64,000 nt of DNA from the IMG/VR virus record IMGVR_UViG_3300037418_000840; one strand, 5' to 3'. This document shows, piece after piece, positions 42,087-51,230 of this stretch. The stretch's first letter is position 1. Every line of letters begins with the position of its first letter. The notes beneath the pieces were generated by a model. The model had not been told where the DNA came from, did not search any database, and was given only the letters and a program-made list of their open reading frames with translations. Source of the stretch: a virus. Lineage: Duplodnaviria; Caudoviricetes. Both the position numbers and the translations under genes were made by a program.

Positions 42087-43399
42087 AGATCCTGTTCACA
42101 CTGTTCGAAATCCAAGACTTCGGTGGCATAGCCGCCGATCTTGTATTCAAGAAGAAAGGTCTCGAGGAAGCAGGGCACGAAGTGGACATCGTGTATCTCC
42201 GCCATTCGGACAAGCCCAACTACGTGCGACGCGTGGTCGGTGCCGGTCGTCAGGGTAATTACGACATCGGCGGCGGGATCACGGTCAATACCCTGTCCGG
42301 CTTCTACGGGGTTCCTGTCATGTCCTATGCGTCCAAGCGACTGATGCGCAAATGGTGGGCCTTCGCCGATCGCTATGACATGGTGATCCACGAAATCCCG
42401 GGACCAAATCCTGCGAAGACTGGGGCTATCGATGTTAAGGGCTACTGGCGACAGGTGTACGATGTCGAGACACCGCAGATTATCTCAGCCCATGACGCGC
42501 ATTTCCGTGACATGTATCCACACCTGATCGAAGTAGCTGACAAGGTACGTGGTATCTCATGCACGAATCCGGCCGGCTATGTGGCCCTCGAATGGTTCCC
42601 GGGTCCACGCGCGTTTATCGGTGCGCCGCATCCAGTCCTCAACTGGAAGAAGCTCCCCGCATGGGAGGACCGTGACCCGAATGCCGTATGTGCCCACGTA
42701 TGGAAAGCGTGGAAGCACATGGATCAGGCAGTACGCAGTGCCCGTTATCTTGAAGACGCGAACCTGATCATGGCCGGTGATGGGATCGAACGTCGCTACA
42801 TGACTTCGGTCGATAAGTGCAAGCCCAAGTACAAGGGTGTATGGGCACGAGCCGAGCGGGCAGGCATGGACTACAAGGGGATGTTGACCCCGAGTCAGCT
42901 GTCGAAGGTGTATCGCAACGCCAGAGTCATGGTCGATTGCAGTTGGAGCGCCAAGTTCGCGAAGCTGAACAATCACTTCAACCGGTCTATCATCGAGGGG
43001 TACAACCATGGATGCGTCCCAATATGTGTCGACATCAACATGGCTGAACCCGGTATGCAGGTCCAGATGTTCCAGAAGGGGAAGACTCACTTCGAGATAG
43101 CGCACGATGCGACACCGCGTCAACTCGCTGAACTGATTGATCATGTGGTGAACCTGCCACCAGAGAAGGCTGCGGCGATGGTCAAGCGTGGCCGTCGCAT
43201 CCTCCTCGACTACTTCGACTATCGCAAGACCAGTCTCGAGTATATCAAGCTTGCGAAGGGAAAGGCAGCCGGCGTCTATCCGAAGCTCGAAGTAGGGAAG
43301 ACCAACAAGACGATCAAGCGTAATGTCGAGCGCTTCATGACCAAGGTCGATCGTCAGATTGCCAAGCGTGATCGCAAAGCCGCTGAGCAGGAGGAATGA
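42083..43399 (+). CDS. GT-B glycosyltransferase
   Basis: QDFGGI N-terminal loop, WKAWKH, NRSIIEGYNHGCVPI; ATGA overlap. Confidence 0.78.
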   Translation: MKILFTLFEIQDFGGIAADLVFKKKGLEEAGHEVDIVYLRHSDKPNYVRRVVGAGRQGNYDIGGGITVNTLSGFYGVPVMSYASKRLMRKWWAFADRYDMVIHEIPGPNPAKTGAIDVKGYWRQVYDVETPQIISAHDAHFRDMYPHLIEVADKVRGISCTNPAGYVALEWFPGPRAFIGAPHPVLNWKKLPAWEDRDPNAVCAHVWKAWKHMDQAVRSARYLEDANLIMAGDGIERRYMTSVDKCKPKYKGVWARAERAGMDYKGMLTPSQLSKVYRNARVMVDCSWSAKFAKLNNHFNRSIIEGYNHGCVPICVDINMAEPGMQVQMFQKGKTHFEIAHDATPRQLAELIDHVVNLPPEKAAAMVKRGRRILLDYFDYRKTSLEYIKLAKGKAAGVYPKLEVGKTNKTIKRNVERFMTKVDRQIAKRDRKAAEQEE

Positions 43400-43743
43400 T
43401 GAAGGACTATTTCAGTCCCCTTGGTGTTAAATACGAGGCGTCCAATCATCAAGTGTGGCCCTCGCTTCCTATCTGTCAGTATCTCGTTGGCACTCCCTGG
43501 AATGATACGGCACTGGCTGCCGTTTCATCAACACGCCCGTCGTCGATCCGTGTTGTGCGTCACGACGGGGAGATCAAGGACAATGGCAGCATGTGGCGAG
43601 TTACGGTTTTTCTCGACCACCTAGGCTTAATCTCCAACGTTGAACAGGAAGTAGTGGTCGATGCGCCTGAAGGTGTAGTAAACGGCCATGAGTTCTGTCG
43701 CCGTCTCGAAAAATATCCACACTGGCCCGCTGATTCGTTCTAG
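43396..43743 (+). CDS. Hypothetical protein (weak I78 peptidase-inhibitor resemblance)
   Basis: IRVVRHDG...WRVTVFLDHLGLISNV. Confidence 0.55.
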   Translation: MMKDYFSPLGVKYEASNHQVWPSLPICQYLVGTPWNDTALAAVSSTRPSSIRVVRHDGEIKDNGSMWRVTVFLDHLGLISNVEQEVVVDAPEGVVNGHEFCRRLEKYPHWPADSF

Positions 43744-43746
43744 GAG

Positions 43747-44196
43747 TTGATCATGGGATTCGAAGTCGTTCATCATGGAAAAGATTCACCAGAAGAAGTG
43801 CGACGCAAGCGTATCGCCAATCACATGTCGTATTGCACGCACTATCGACCGAAGGGGCTGAGCATCGCCACCGCTTGTCAAGTCGGATGCAATGCGCTGA
43901 AGGGTCCCTGTATCGACGGTCATACGCTACCAGACGTGCTGGACCGGTGCCCCAAGTGGGAACGCCGTTCACTGGCCGAAGCCGAAGCACGGGCAGACGA
44001 GCTCGAACGTGCGTTCGATCGCATGGAGAAGGTGGCACCTGTCATCAATGAATGGCGGTCCAAGCCCCCGATCGGAAAGGACGGAACTGTCGATTGCCCG
44101 ATATGTGGTGGCCAACTGTTCCTCAGCCAATCGGCGCGCAACGGTCACGTGAGTGCCAAGTGTACGACCGCAGGCTGTGTGTCGTTCATCGAGTAA
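43747..44196 (+). CDS. Cys-rich hypothetical protein
   Basis: CTHY, CPKW, CPICGG...CTTAGC. Confidence 0.7.
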   Translation: MIMGFEVVHHGKDSPEEVRRKRIANHMSYCTHYRPKGLSIATACQVGCNALKGPCIDGHTLPDVLDRCPKWERRSLAEAEARADELERAFDRMEKVAPVINEWRSKPPIGKDGTVDCPICGGQLFLSQSARNGHVSAKCTTAGCVSFIE

Positions 44197-44227
44197 CGGC
44201 CGTTACGATTAACATCGGAGACTCTAT

Positions 44228-44530
44228 ATGCTACCCGCATTCTTTACTCGCATCCAGACGCTGTTGACTACGGGCCAACCCAAAAACTATGCTGGCAGCG
44301 ACATGGCGAAAGCTGATTGGGCTGCGCTTGGACGTACGATTGAAATCCTCGACAACGCAAACAGGTTGCCGACAGGTTGGAAACCTGCGCCTCCCCTCAT
44401 GACGCATCAAATGCATCAGGCCATGCAAAATGCGATAGACAGTGGACAACCAGTCTGGCCAGCCATCCTGAACGTGATGCCGAACCCGCCGGCCGATGGA
44501 CGTACGCTGACCGTCAACGACACAGTCTAA
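44228..44530 (+). CDS. Hypothetical protein
   Basis: GGAG RBS. Confidence 0.65.
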   Translation: MLPAFFTRIQTLLTTGQPKNYAGSDMAKADWAALGRTIEILDNANRLPTGWKPAPPLMTHQMHQAMQNAIDSGQPVWPAILNVMPNPPADGRTLTVNDTV

Positions 44531-44534
44531 CCAA

Positions 44535-44852
44535 GTGTGTGACGGATATCACCCGCTCGTAGTCAACTGCCGGACCGATGATTACGATGAGTACATCGGA
44601 CGTCCTGGTCCGTGGGGCAATCCTTTCATAGTGGGTACGCACGGGACACGCAAGCAAGTGTGCGCCTTCCACCGTAAATGGATTGATGGATTAATACGCG
44701 GTCCTAACGGGGAACGACCTCCATCCAAGAAAGAGATCAGGCGCAAACTCAAAGGCAAGCGTCTAGGATGTTGGTGTAAGCCAAAGGAATGCCACGGTCT
44801 TTACTTGGCTCATATCGCCAATCGAAAGCAAACGAAGGGGCTTTTCAGATGA
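44535..44852 (+). CDS. DUF4326 domain protein
   Basis: YIGRPGPWGNPF...LKGKRLGCWCKPKECHG. Confidence 0.88.
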   Translation: MCDGYHPLVVNCRTDDYDEYIGRPGPWGNPFIVGTHGTRKQVCAFHRKWIDGLIRGPNGERPPSKKEIRRKLKGKRLGCWCKPKECHGLYLAHIANRKQTKGLFR

Positions 44853-45793
44853 GGTACTTCGTCCTCTCATACAATCGGCCCGACCTGCAGATTACTCTGC
44901 AGTCAATGCCACCCGACCTCCTCAGCCAGATCGAGTTGATGGTGGTCCCAAAAGAATACAAGCAGTACAAACGTGGATGGTATGCGTCGAAGGTCAAGGC
45001 CATCCACACGTGGCCTGACTACGTGGACTGTGTACCGAAGAAACGCCACTGGATCGCCCAGAATGCGAAGGACGACTACATCTTGATCGATGACGACGTG
45101 AATCTCTACGTCTGGTCGCGTAAGCGCGACAAGTTCGTTCGTGCACTGGATTTGCCTAAGCGCTTTGCCTACGAATTCATGGAGGGGCTACCTTCACAAT
45201 TCGAGACCTACGCGTCAGTTGCTGCGGCCAACAAGTTCATGGCTGACCCGTTCGTTCGTCAACACGGTCTAGTCAAGGACGACAGTGTGGGCTTCGTCAT
45301 GTCTGGATTCGCGAAGGGCACGACTAAGAAGGTGCAGATGGGTTGTACCTTTGTCTACACAGACATAGACCTGCCTCTCCAAGTGTTCCAGGAACACAAG
45401 ACCTCGTGTATCTACTATGGTCTGTGCTACAACCATTCGGGAGTCAAGGCTCTTCAGAATACGGGAACCTCGACCTACAGATCAGACTTCCTCAAGCTGG
45501 ATTCAGCGATCCGTATGGCTGTCCTCTATCAAGGGATCATCACCGGAGCCAAATGGAATAACAACAAGGGCGGTGGGGTTACGCTCCAGAAGTGGTTCAA
45601 TCGAGTAAAGACCGGGGTCACTGCCGCCCATGTAAATAAGACACAGGAATGGTTACGTACCATCTGTGCTGAGCACGGCCTCCGTTCGTGTCCGGACTTC
45701 TATCGCTACGATATGGAGACACCGAAAGACTACATCTTTCAGAAGTACGAAGAGCTCTGGGAAGAGAAGCTAATCAAAAGGAAACGTCGATGA
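44849..45793 (+). CDS. GT-A fold TET-associated-type (TAGT/JGT-like) glycosyltransferase
   Basis: VLSYNRP N-terminus, PKKRHWI, ILIDDD (DxD motif), TDIDLPL. Confidence 0.7.
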   Translation: MRYFVLSYNRPDLQITLQSMPPDLLSQIELMVVPKEYKQYKRGWYASKVKAIHTWPDYVDCVPKKRHWIAQNAKDDYILIDDDVNLYVWSRKRDKFVRALDLPKRFAYEFMEGLPSQFETYASVAAANKFMADPFVRQHGLVKDDSVGFVMSGFAKGTTKKVQMGCTFVYTDIDLPLQVFQEHKTSCIYYGLCYNHSGVKALQNTGTSTYRSDFLKLDSAIRMAVLYQGIITGAKWNNNKGGGVTLQKWFNRVKTGVTAAHVNKTQEWLRTICAEHGLRSCPDFYRYDMETPKDYIFQKYEELWEEKLIKRKRR

Positions 45794-46278
45794 ATATTCG
45801 ATTGACCACCATGTGTCCCGACCCGTTCAACCGGTATCCACAGTTGTTCGACATCTGGCCGGAACCTTACCTTACGTCAGCGGTCGAGGCTACGAATGAG
45901 GACTGGGGTGATGGCAGCGTCTTCTTCATAGAAGCCGATCATCAAGTGGTCGGCATCACCGGCTTGTTCTTCGAAGAGGAAGACAAGGAGAACGCGTTCC
46001 TTCGTTGGACGGGTGTCATTCCGTGCATGCGTCGTCGTGGGATTACTAGTTACATAGTCGATCTCATGGCGCTGATGGCTGTCAACCTGTGCAAGCGCAC
46101 CGGTTACCTAATCGAACTCGTTCCCTACAACGATTACGGTCACTTCGAGAGCGGTGCCTACCCGTTCTTCACGGACCTTGGATTCAAACAACTATCTGGC
46201 ATCAAGCACGAACAGACCGATTGGCAGGTTCGTGTTATGGGCCTTGCTCTCGAGAAATACAGGACAAAGAATGCCTAA
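45790..46278 (+). CDS. GNAT acetyltransferase
   Basis: VVGITGL...LRWTGVIPCMRRRGI (motif A), FFTDLGF. Confidence 0.8.
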   Translation: MNIRLTTMCPDPFNRYPQLFDIWPEPYLTSAVEATNEDWGDGSVFFIEADHQVVGITGLFFEEEDKENAFLRWTGVIPCMRRRGITSYIVDLMALMAVNLCKRTGYLIELVPYNDYGHFESGAYPFFTDLGFKQLSGIKHEQTDWQVRVMGLALEKYRTKNA

Positions 46279-47260
46279 GCTAAAATCTCAAAAGGGACAG
46301 CAGTCCCTATTCGATGGCGAAGCGCCGTATCTGTTTGCGCCCAACGAACAGAACAGTCCGGAATCGATGGCCAAGTTCTGGATCGAGCGCCACAAGATCT
46401 ATTTGAAGCGCTTTCACCTGAAGGCCAAGGCTCCGTGGACTACCGATCCCGTGCTTTCCAACTACCGATTCTGCAACATCTATCGTGAGCTCGATACGGT
46501 CAGCAAGTGGATCATCGAGAAAGTGATCGAGCCCTATGCCAAGAACGACAATCTGTGGTTCATGCTCGCCATGTCGCGGATCATCAACTGGCCGGACACT
46601 TTGCAGGCTATCATGGACGCTGGCGCATGGCCCGAGCGTCGTTGGGACCCTGATGCGGTCTACGCAGTGATGAACGACATAAGGGCACAGAAACGCAAGG
46701 TCATCACTGGAGCCTACATCATCAACTCGGTGTTCCCCAAGGGGGTGAATCCGCCGGATCGCAGCAAGAATTACTACATCCCGTTCTACGGACTTGACCC
46801 TCTGTGGAAAGACCGCCAGTCCCTTCGCGATGCTTTCCGTGATAATCAAGCCGAGGCTGTCGACACACTGCGCCAGTATCAAGGATGGGGTGCCTTCATG
46901 GCCTATCAAGTGATCGTCGATTTGACCTACAGCAGACGATGGCTTGGCCGGGCATCGGACATCGAGACGTTCACCAGTCCAGGACCGGGGACCACGCGCG
47001 GTATGAACCGCCTTTTGTTCGGTGGCCGTAAGCCCCAACTCAGGGCTGACCAGTTGAATGAGCCGATGATCAAGGCACGAGCCGAGGTCAATGCGGCAGC
47101 GCGCGCCGTTGTGCCCGCTAAGTGGTGGACTGACGATTTCAAGACTGGGTTCACAAATCTGTCGGCAGCCAATTTCAGTAACCTGTGCTGCGAGTACGAC
47201 AAATATTGTCGTGTGATCAGCGGTGAAGGAGAGCCCCGTGCCGGATACAAAGCCCGATGA
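46271..47260 (+). CDS. aGPT-Pplase1 / 5-hmdU DNA kinase helical-domain family protein
   Basis: PWTTDPVLSNYRFCNIYRELD, NWPDTL, GWGAFMAYQ..DL.YS, PGPGTTRG, LCCEYDKY. Confidence 0.85.
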   Translation: MPKLKSQKGQQSLFDGEAPYLFAPNEQNSPESMAKFWIERHKIYLKRFHLKAKAPWTTDPVLSNYRFCNIYRELDTVSKWIIEKVIEPYAKNDNLWFMLAMSRIINWPDTLQAIMDAGAWPERRWDPDAVYAVMNDIRAQKRKVITGAYIINSVFPKGVNPPDRSKNYYIPFYGLDPLWKDRQSLRDAFRDNQAEAVDTLRQYQGWGAFMAYQVIVDLTYSRRWLGRASDIETFTSPGPGTTRGMNRLLFGGRKPQLRADQLNEPMIKARAEVNAAARAVVPAKWWTDDFKTGFTNLSAANFSNLCCEYDKYCRVISGEGEPRAGYKAR

Positions 47261-47627
47261 TGGACGACGCAAGTCCAAGATCGGTATCGAGATGAGCCCC
47301 GAACTACGCGACGTAGCCAACCGGTTGATGGTCCGTCTCGATACCGATTCAATCCATGAAGTAGTGCGCCGTGCTCTGTATTACTACGAACGCGCTCTCA
47401 ACAAGAACGCGCCGCCTCCGGTTAAGACAAAGCTCCATGACTTCGTTGTCCACTTGTATGAGAAGGAAGACGGTAGCTATGACATCGTAGGTCACCGCCA
47501 CTGCGGTAATGGCGGCGATGCCCTGTACGGGAACAAGCCCAACGAAGAAGATGCACGGGCTGAGGTTAAGAGTCGTTTCCCTTTTGAACATGAGGTAGTA
47601 GTTCACCCACTAAAGCCTCGTGCGTAA
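47238..47627 (+). CDS. Protein with ribbon-helix-helix-like N-terminus
   Basis: IGIEMSPELRDVANRL...SIHEVVRRAL; GAAGGAG RBS. Confidence 0.6.
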   Translation: MPDTKPDDGRRKSKIGIEMSPELRDVANRLMVRLDTDSIHEVVRRALYYYERALNKNAPPPVKTKLHDFVVHLYEKEDGSYDIVGHRHCGNGGDALYGNKPNEEDARAEVKSRFPFEHEVVVHPLKPRA

Positions 47628-47631
47628 ATAG
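47624..47631 (+). promoter_or_regulatory. GTAAATA motif
   Basis: In the loop of GCCTC/GAGGC hairpin, upstream of the TS homolog. Confidence 0.6.
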
Positions 47632-47661
47632 AGGCCGTTGTCAACCATCACGTACCTTACC

Positions 47662-48813
47662 ATGAAAGTCATCTACGCAAACAATCCTGATCACGGACTG
47701 GAGACGGCCCTACGGTCCATCATCCACGAGGGTGCCACGTGCGATAGTCGCAATGGGCCGGTCCTTCGTTTCCGCACGCCAGTCACTTCGGTGTATAACA
47801 CGCCGCGCCATCGTGTGTCGTTCAACAAGGTGCGTGATGCCAATCCGTTCCTTCACTTGATGGAAAGCTTGTGGATGCTAGCCGGTCGCAACGACGTTGA
47901 GTTCGCGGCCTACTATGCCAAGCAGATGCTCCAGTACACCGACGACGGAAAGACCCTCAACGGTGCCTATGGCTATCGCTGGCGCAAGCACTTCGGCTAC
48001 GATCAGCTGGAAGCAGTGATCGAAGAACTCAAGAAGACCAAGGGCAACAGCCGGCGTTGCGTGATCCAAATGTGGGACGCCAGCCGCGATTTCTATCCAG
48101 GCGAAGATTCCTGGGCAGTCAAGCGAGAGTCCGATCTTCTGAACCAAACGTCGAAGGACCTGCCGTGCAACACGGCCCTCATGTTCGATGCCCAACTCGG
48201 CCATCTCGACATGACGGTCGTCAACCGCAGTAACGACACGATCTGGGGCTGCTACGGGGCGAACGCTGTGCACTTCTCGTTCCTCCTGGAATACATGGCG
48301 GATCGGATCGGCATCCCGGTCGGAACCTACTACCAAGTGTCGAACAATCTTCACGCGTATCTGGAGTTCGATATCACGAAGCGGTTCATCGCGTGGGATC
48401 AACAGACGCAGCACGCAACCATCGACGACGATGCGTTTCAGCCGGAGCCGGATTTTGGTATCGCGACTCCCTACACTGCGCATCTGATTCATTCCATGGC
48501 CTTGAACGCCGGGATCACCGGGTGGGACGACGAGCTCCATCATCTGGTCGACAACTACAGGACCACCGAGTATTCACGGTACTCCATTGCCTTCTTCGAT
48601 CTGGTCGCGGCCCCCATGTGTGCGGCCTACAACTGCTACAAGAGCAACGGCCCGGAGGCCGGTCTCGCCGTACTCAGTACGGCAAACGAGAAGTACAAAC
48701 GCACGCTGTCCATCGACGTGGCAAACGATTGGATCCTAGCCGGTGCTCGTTGGCTCCGTCGTCGGCCGTCCATCAATCGCGGCCTGAGCCAGCCCACCGA
48801 CTTTGGTCTGTAA
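47662..48813 (+). CDS. Thymidylate synthase homolog, likely dUMP hydroxymethylase
   Basis: SRNG, ANPF, GAYGYRW, DLPCN (catalytic Cys), NRSND.IWG.YGAN (Asn in the dUMP-specificity position), NLHAY. Confidence 0.85.
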   Translation: MKVIYANNPDHGLETALRSIIHEGATCDSRNGPVLRFRTPVTSVYNTPRHRVSFNKVRDANPFLHLMESLWMLAGRNDVEFAAYYAKQMLQYTDDGKTLNGAYGYRWRKHFGYDQLEAVIEELKKTKGNSRRCVIQMWDASRDFYPGEDSWAVKRESDLLNQTSKDLPCNTALMFDAQLGHLDMTVVNRSNDTIWGCYGANAVHFSFLLEYMADRIGIPVGTYYQVSNNLHAYLEFDITKRFIAWDQQTQHATIDDDAFQPEPDFGIATPYTAHLIHSMALNAGITGWDDELHHLVDNYRTTEYSRYSIAFFDLVAAPMCAAYNCYKSNGPEAGLAVLSTANEKYKRTLSIDVANDWILAGARWLRRRPSINRGLSQPTDFGL

Positions 48814-48841
48814 GTCAATCCATCTACAAGCGAGGACCCTC

Positions 48842-49303
48842 ATGAGCAATCCGAATGACCGTCAGGTAGGCGGCACCTACTATCGATCGAAGTACCAACA
48901 CTGGGATATGGCGACCGACACGCTGATGCGCCATCTGGAAGGCGCGGCCTCGAAATACCTGTCGCGCTTCGGCAATAAACCCGGTGAACCGGCATCCAAA
49001 GACCTGGAGAAAGCCGGCCACTACATCGAAAAGCTGATCGATCAGGCGCGACACAACGTCAACTTCGAACCCCTGGCCGTGATCCAGAATCGTATGGGCG
49101 TCGTGCCCGATACCTACGTCAATTGGTTTGTCGAGGGTCTGTCGGGACCTCCGGCTGGTGAAGAGAACGTGTCGGTCTTGCGCATTCTTGCCAGCTGGAA
49201 TTCGTTCAGCGAGCTCGAAGACGCACTGGCCGTAGTCAACAAGCTGAAATCGCACCACGTTGCTATCGAACAAGAGCACGCGGCGTCCAAAGGGATGGAC
49301 TAA
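48842..49303 (+). CDS. DUF3310 (SaV-like) protein, putative nucleotide kinase
   Basis: RQVGGTYY...QHWD...KYLSR...DLEKAGHYIEKL. Confidence 0.8.
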   Translation: MSNPNDRQVGGTYYRSKYQHWDMATDTLMRHLEGAASKYLSRFGNKPGEPASKDLEKAGHYIEKLIDQARHNVNFEPLAVIQNRMGVVPDTYVNWFVEGLSGPPAGEENVSVLRILASWNSFSELEDALAVVNKLKSHHVAIEQEHAASKGMD

Positions 49304-49304
49304 C

Positions 49305-49790
49305 ATGGATTTGGGACCGACTCCTAACCAGAAGATCGTGGTCTGTGACATCGACGGATGCCTCATCGATTCGAGTCATCGCACTGGCCTCTATTTCTCT
49401 GGTGATCATGCAGGTTACTTTGCAGCATCGAAAGACGATAAGGTGATCCCTCAGGGTCAGCACGTGTACCGTGCGTTCTACGACGTGCCGGGTGTACTTC
49501 AACTGTTCGTCACAAGCCGTGGCGACTGGGGAACCTATCGAGAAGTGACCCTTGGTCAACTGCGGGACTTCGTCGGTCCCAAGATCGCTGATCATCAGCT
49601 GTTGATGCGGCCCAAGGGTGTTCAGGGCCTGGACGTGATGTCGGACGAAGTGTACAAGGCGTGGGCTGTGGAGAACGCAGGCTATTCTCTGGCAGATGTC
49701 TGGATGGCTTTCGATGATCGCGAATGCGTTGTCGAAATGTGGCGACGTAGGGGTGTCGTCTGCTACCATACGCAGCCCGGCTTGTACTGA
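49305..49790 (+). CDS. HAD phosphatase (T4 PNK 3'-phosphatase-like)
   Basis: CDIDGCL, FVTSR, LLMRP, AFDDRE.VV.MWRR.G. Confidence 0.88.
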   Translation: MDLGPTPNQKIVVCDIDGCLIDSSHRTGLYFSGDHAGYFAASKDDKVIPQGQHVYRAFYDVPGVLQLFVTSRGDWGTYREVTLGQLRDFVGPKIADHQLLMRPKGVQGLDVMSDEVYKAWAVENAGYSLADVWMAFDDRECVVEMWRRRGVVCYHTQPGLY

Positions 49791-49800
49791 GGTTACGCTT

Positions 49801-50331
49801 ATGGATAGCAAGCAATTAGTCAAGGACCGTGTGGATCAGGTGATGGCCGCAACGGCTCCGCTCTTCAAGGTGCCCCGTAGTCGCTTACTTGAGTCAGTCG
49901 CTCGTGGATACGGGTTCAACACATTCGCCGCCGCATGTGCAATGACTAGCGGCAATCAGTTTGATACTGACGCGTTCCATCGTCGGTACTCGGAACTCGA
50001 GAACCAGCGTCAAGCGTGCGCCGTTGCTGCCGTTGTTATGGGTTATACGTTGGACCTTCAGTTCACCCCACTGGGACCTGACACTGGAGCGACGGTCATC
50101 TATCAAGTGGAGGCCACTGCCAAGGGTCCTCGTCAGTTGCCTGCTGTCCTTGAATTCTATCTGCCGAAGAAGATACCATCGCGGTTCGTCAGCGATATGG
50201 GCTTCGGTGAAGAGGGTTCCGAGTTCGGGTTCTTACGCCGTGGCTCCTGGCAGGGTCAGTACTACGCGGTCAACAATCTGAAATGGGGTCGTGCTAGTTT
50301 AGCGCGGGCCATTTTCTCAGCACTGTATTGA
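49801..50331 (+). CDS. Hypothetical protein
   Basis: GAGG RBS. Confidence 0.65.
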   Translation: MDSKQLVKDRVDQVMAATAPLFKVPRSRLLESVARGYGFNTFAAACAMTSGNQFDTDAFHRRYSELENQRQACAVAAVVMGYTLDLQFTPLGPDTGATVIYQVEATAKGPRQLPAVLEFYLPKKIPSRFVSDMGFGEEGSEFGFLRRGSWQGQYYAVNNLKWGRASLARAIFSALY

Positions 50332-50341
50332 GGAGCATCAA

Positions 50342-50710
50342 ATGAATGAAGATCAAGACAAGAGTTTGGGTGCCCGTGTCCAACGCGCTCTGAACCGTGT
50401 CGCCAAATGGCGTACTGTCTATGTATCCTGGCAGTTGGGGACCAGAATCAAGGGCGATCCTGAAGCCGCCGCAGTGCGTGATGCGGCAGAACAACGCATT
50501 ATGCAACGTGTCGAACTATCGGCACTCGCGTCGCTTCTCATTAAGAAGGGCGTGTTCACTATCGACGAGTTCAACGAAGAACTGATTATCGAAGCGGCGG
50601 CTCTTGAGAAGGCGTTGGAGCGCCGGTTCCCCGGCTTTAAAGCCCAGGACAACGGCATGGACGTCAACTTGGCGCTCGCTCGCGATACGATGCATGGATG
50701 GCTGCCCTGA
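50342..50710 (+). CDS. Hypothetical phage protein
   Basis: GAGGAG RBS. Confidence 0.75.
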   Translation: MNEDQDKSLGARVQRALNRVAKWRTVYVSWQLGTRIKGDPEAAAVRDAAEQRIMQRVELSALASLLIKKGVFTIDEFNEELIIEAAALEKALERRFPGFKAQDNGMDVNLALARDTMHGWLP

Positions 50711-50744
50711 GCCTCAATAGCGAATTTGATGGCCAAGGAGGTGT

Positions 50745-51173
50745 ATGATGCTCAATATCCATCAAATCGTTAAGAAGGCCAATCGTCTTCGCCAGGAAGG
50801 TGCCCATTACGTACGAATCACCGACTTGAAGAAGGGGTACGACGCGCGCGGTCGCGGCTTTGTCGCCAGCGCCTCGTTCTCTACGCACTTGATTGGGGAA
50901 GACGGTCGCCCTGTTCCAAATCCACACCCTCACAAGTATGTGACGGTCATCACCTTCCTTGACGCGAAGCTCAACGTCAAGGTTAGCTGCTCGTGTGCCG
51001 ACTTCCTTTATCGTTGGGAGGTCGCACTCCATAACAAGGGAGCGGCTGACATCGAATACTCAAATGGCGCATTCCCGACGATGACCAACCCGTCGGGTAA
51101 GCATGCGACGTGTAAGCATCTGATCGCGTTGTACAACCGCATCAAGAACAAGCTGCCTCCACCCAAGTACTGA
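50745..51173 (+). CDS. SWIM zinc-finger protein
   Basis: VSCSCADFLYRWE...TCKHLIA; AAGGAGG RBS. Confidence 0.8.
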   Translation: MMLNIHQIVKKANRLRQEGAHYVRITDLKKGYDARGRGFVASASFSTHLIGEDGRPVPNPHPHKYVTVITFLDAKLNVKVSCSCADFLYRWEVALHNKGAADIEYSNGAFPTMTNPSGKHATCKHLIALYNRIKNKLPPPKY

Positions 51174-51230
51174 TCAGGAGATTTAAATGTTGGAGTCCGT
51201 GAATCGTGTTACCGAGGGAAAGGTCTAGCA

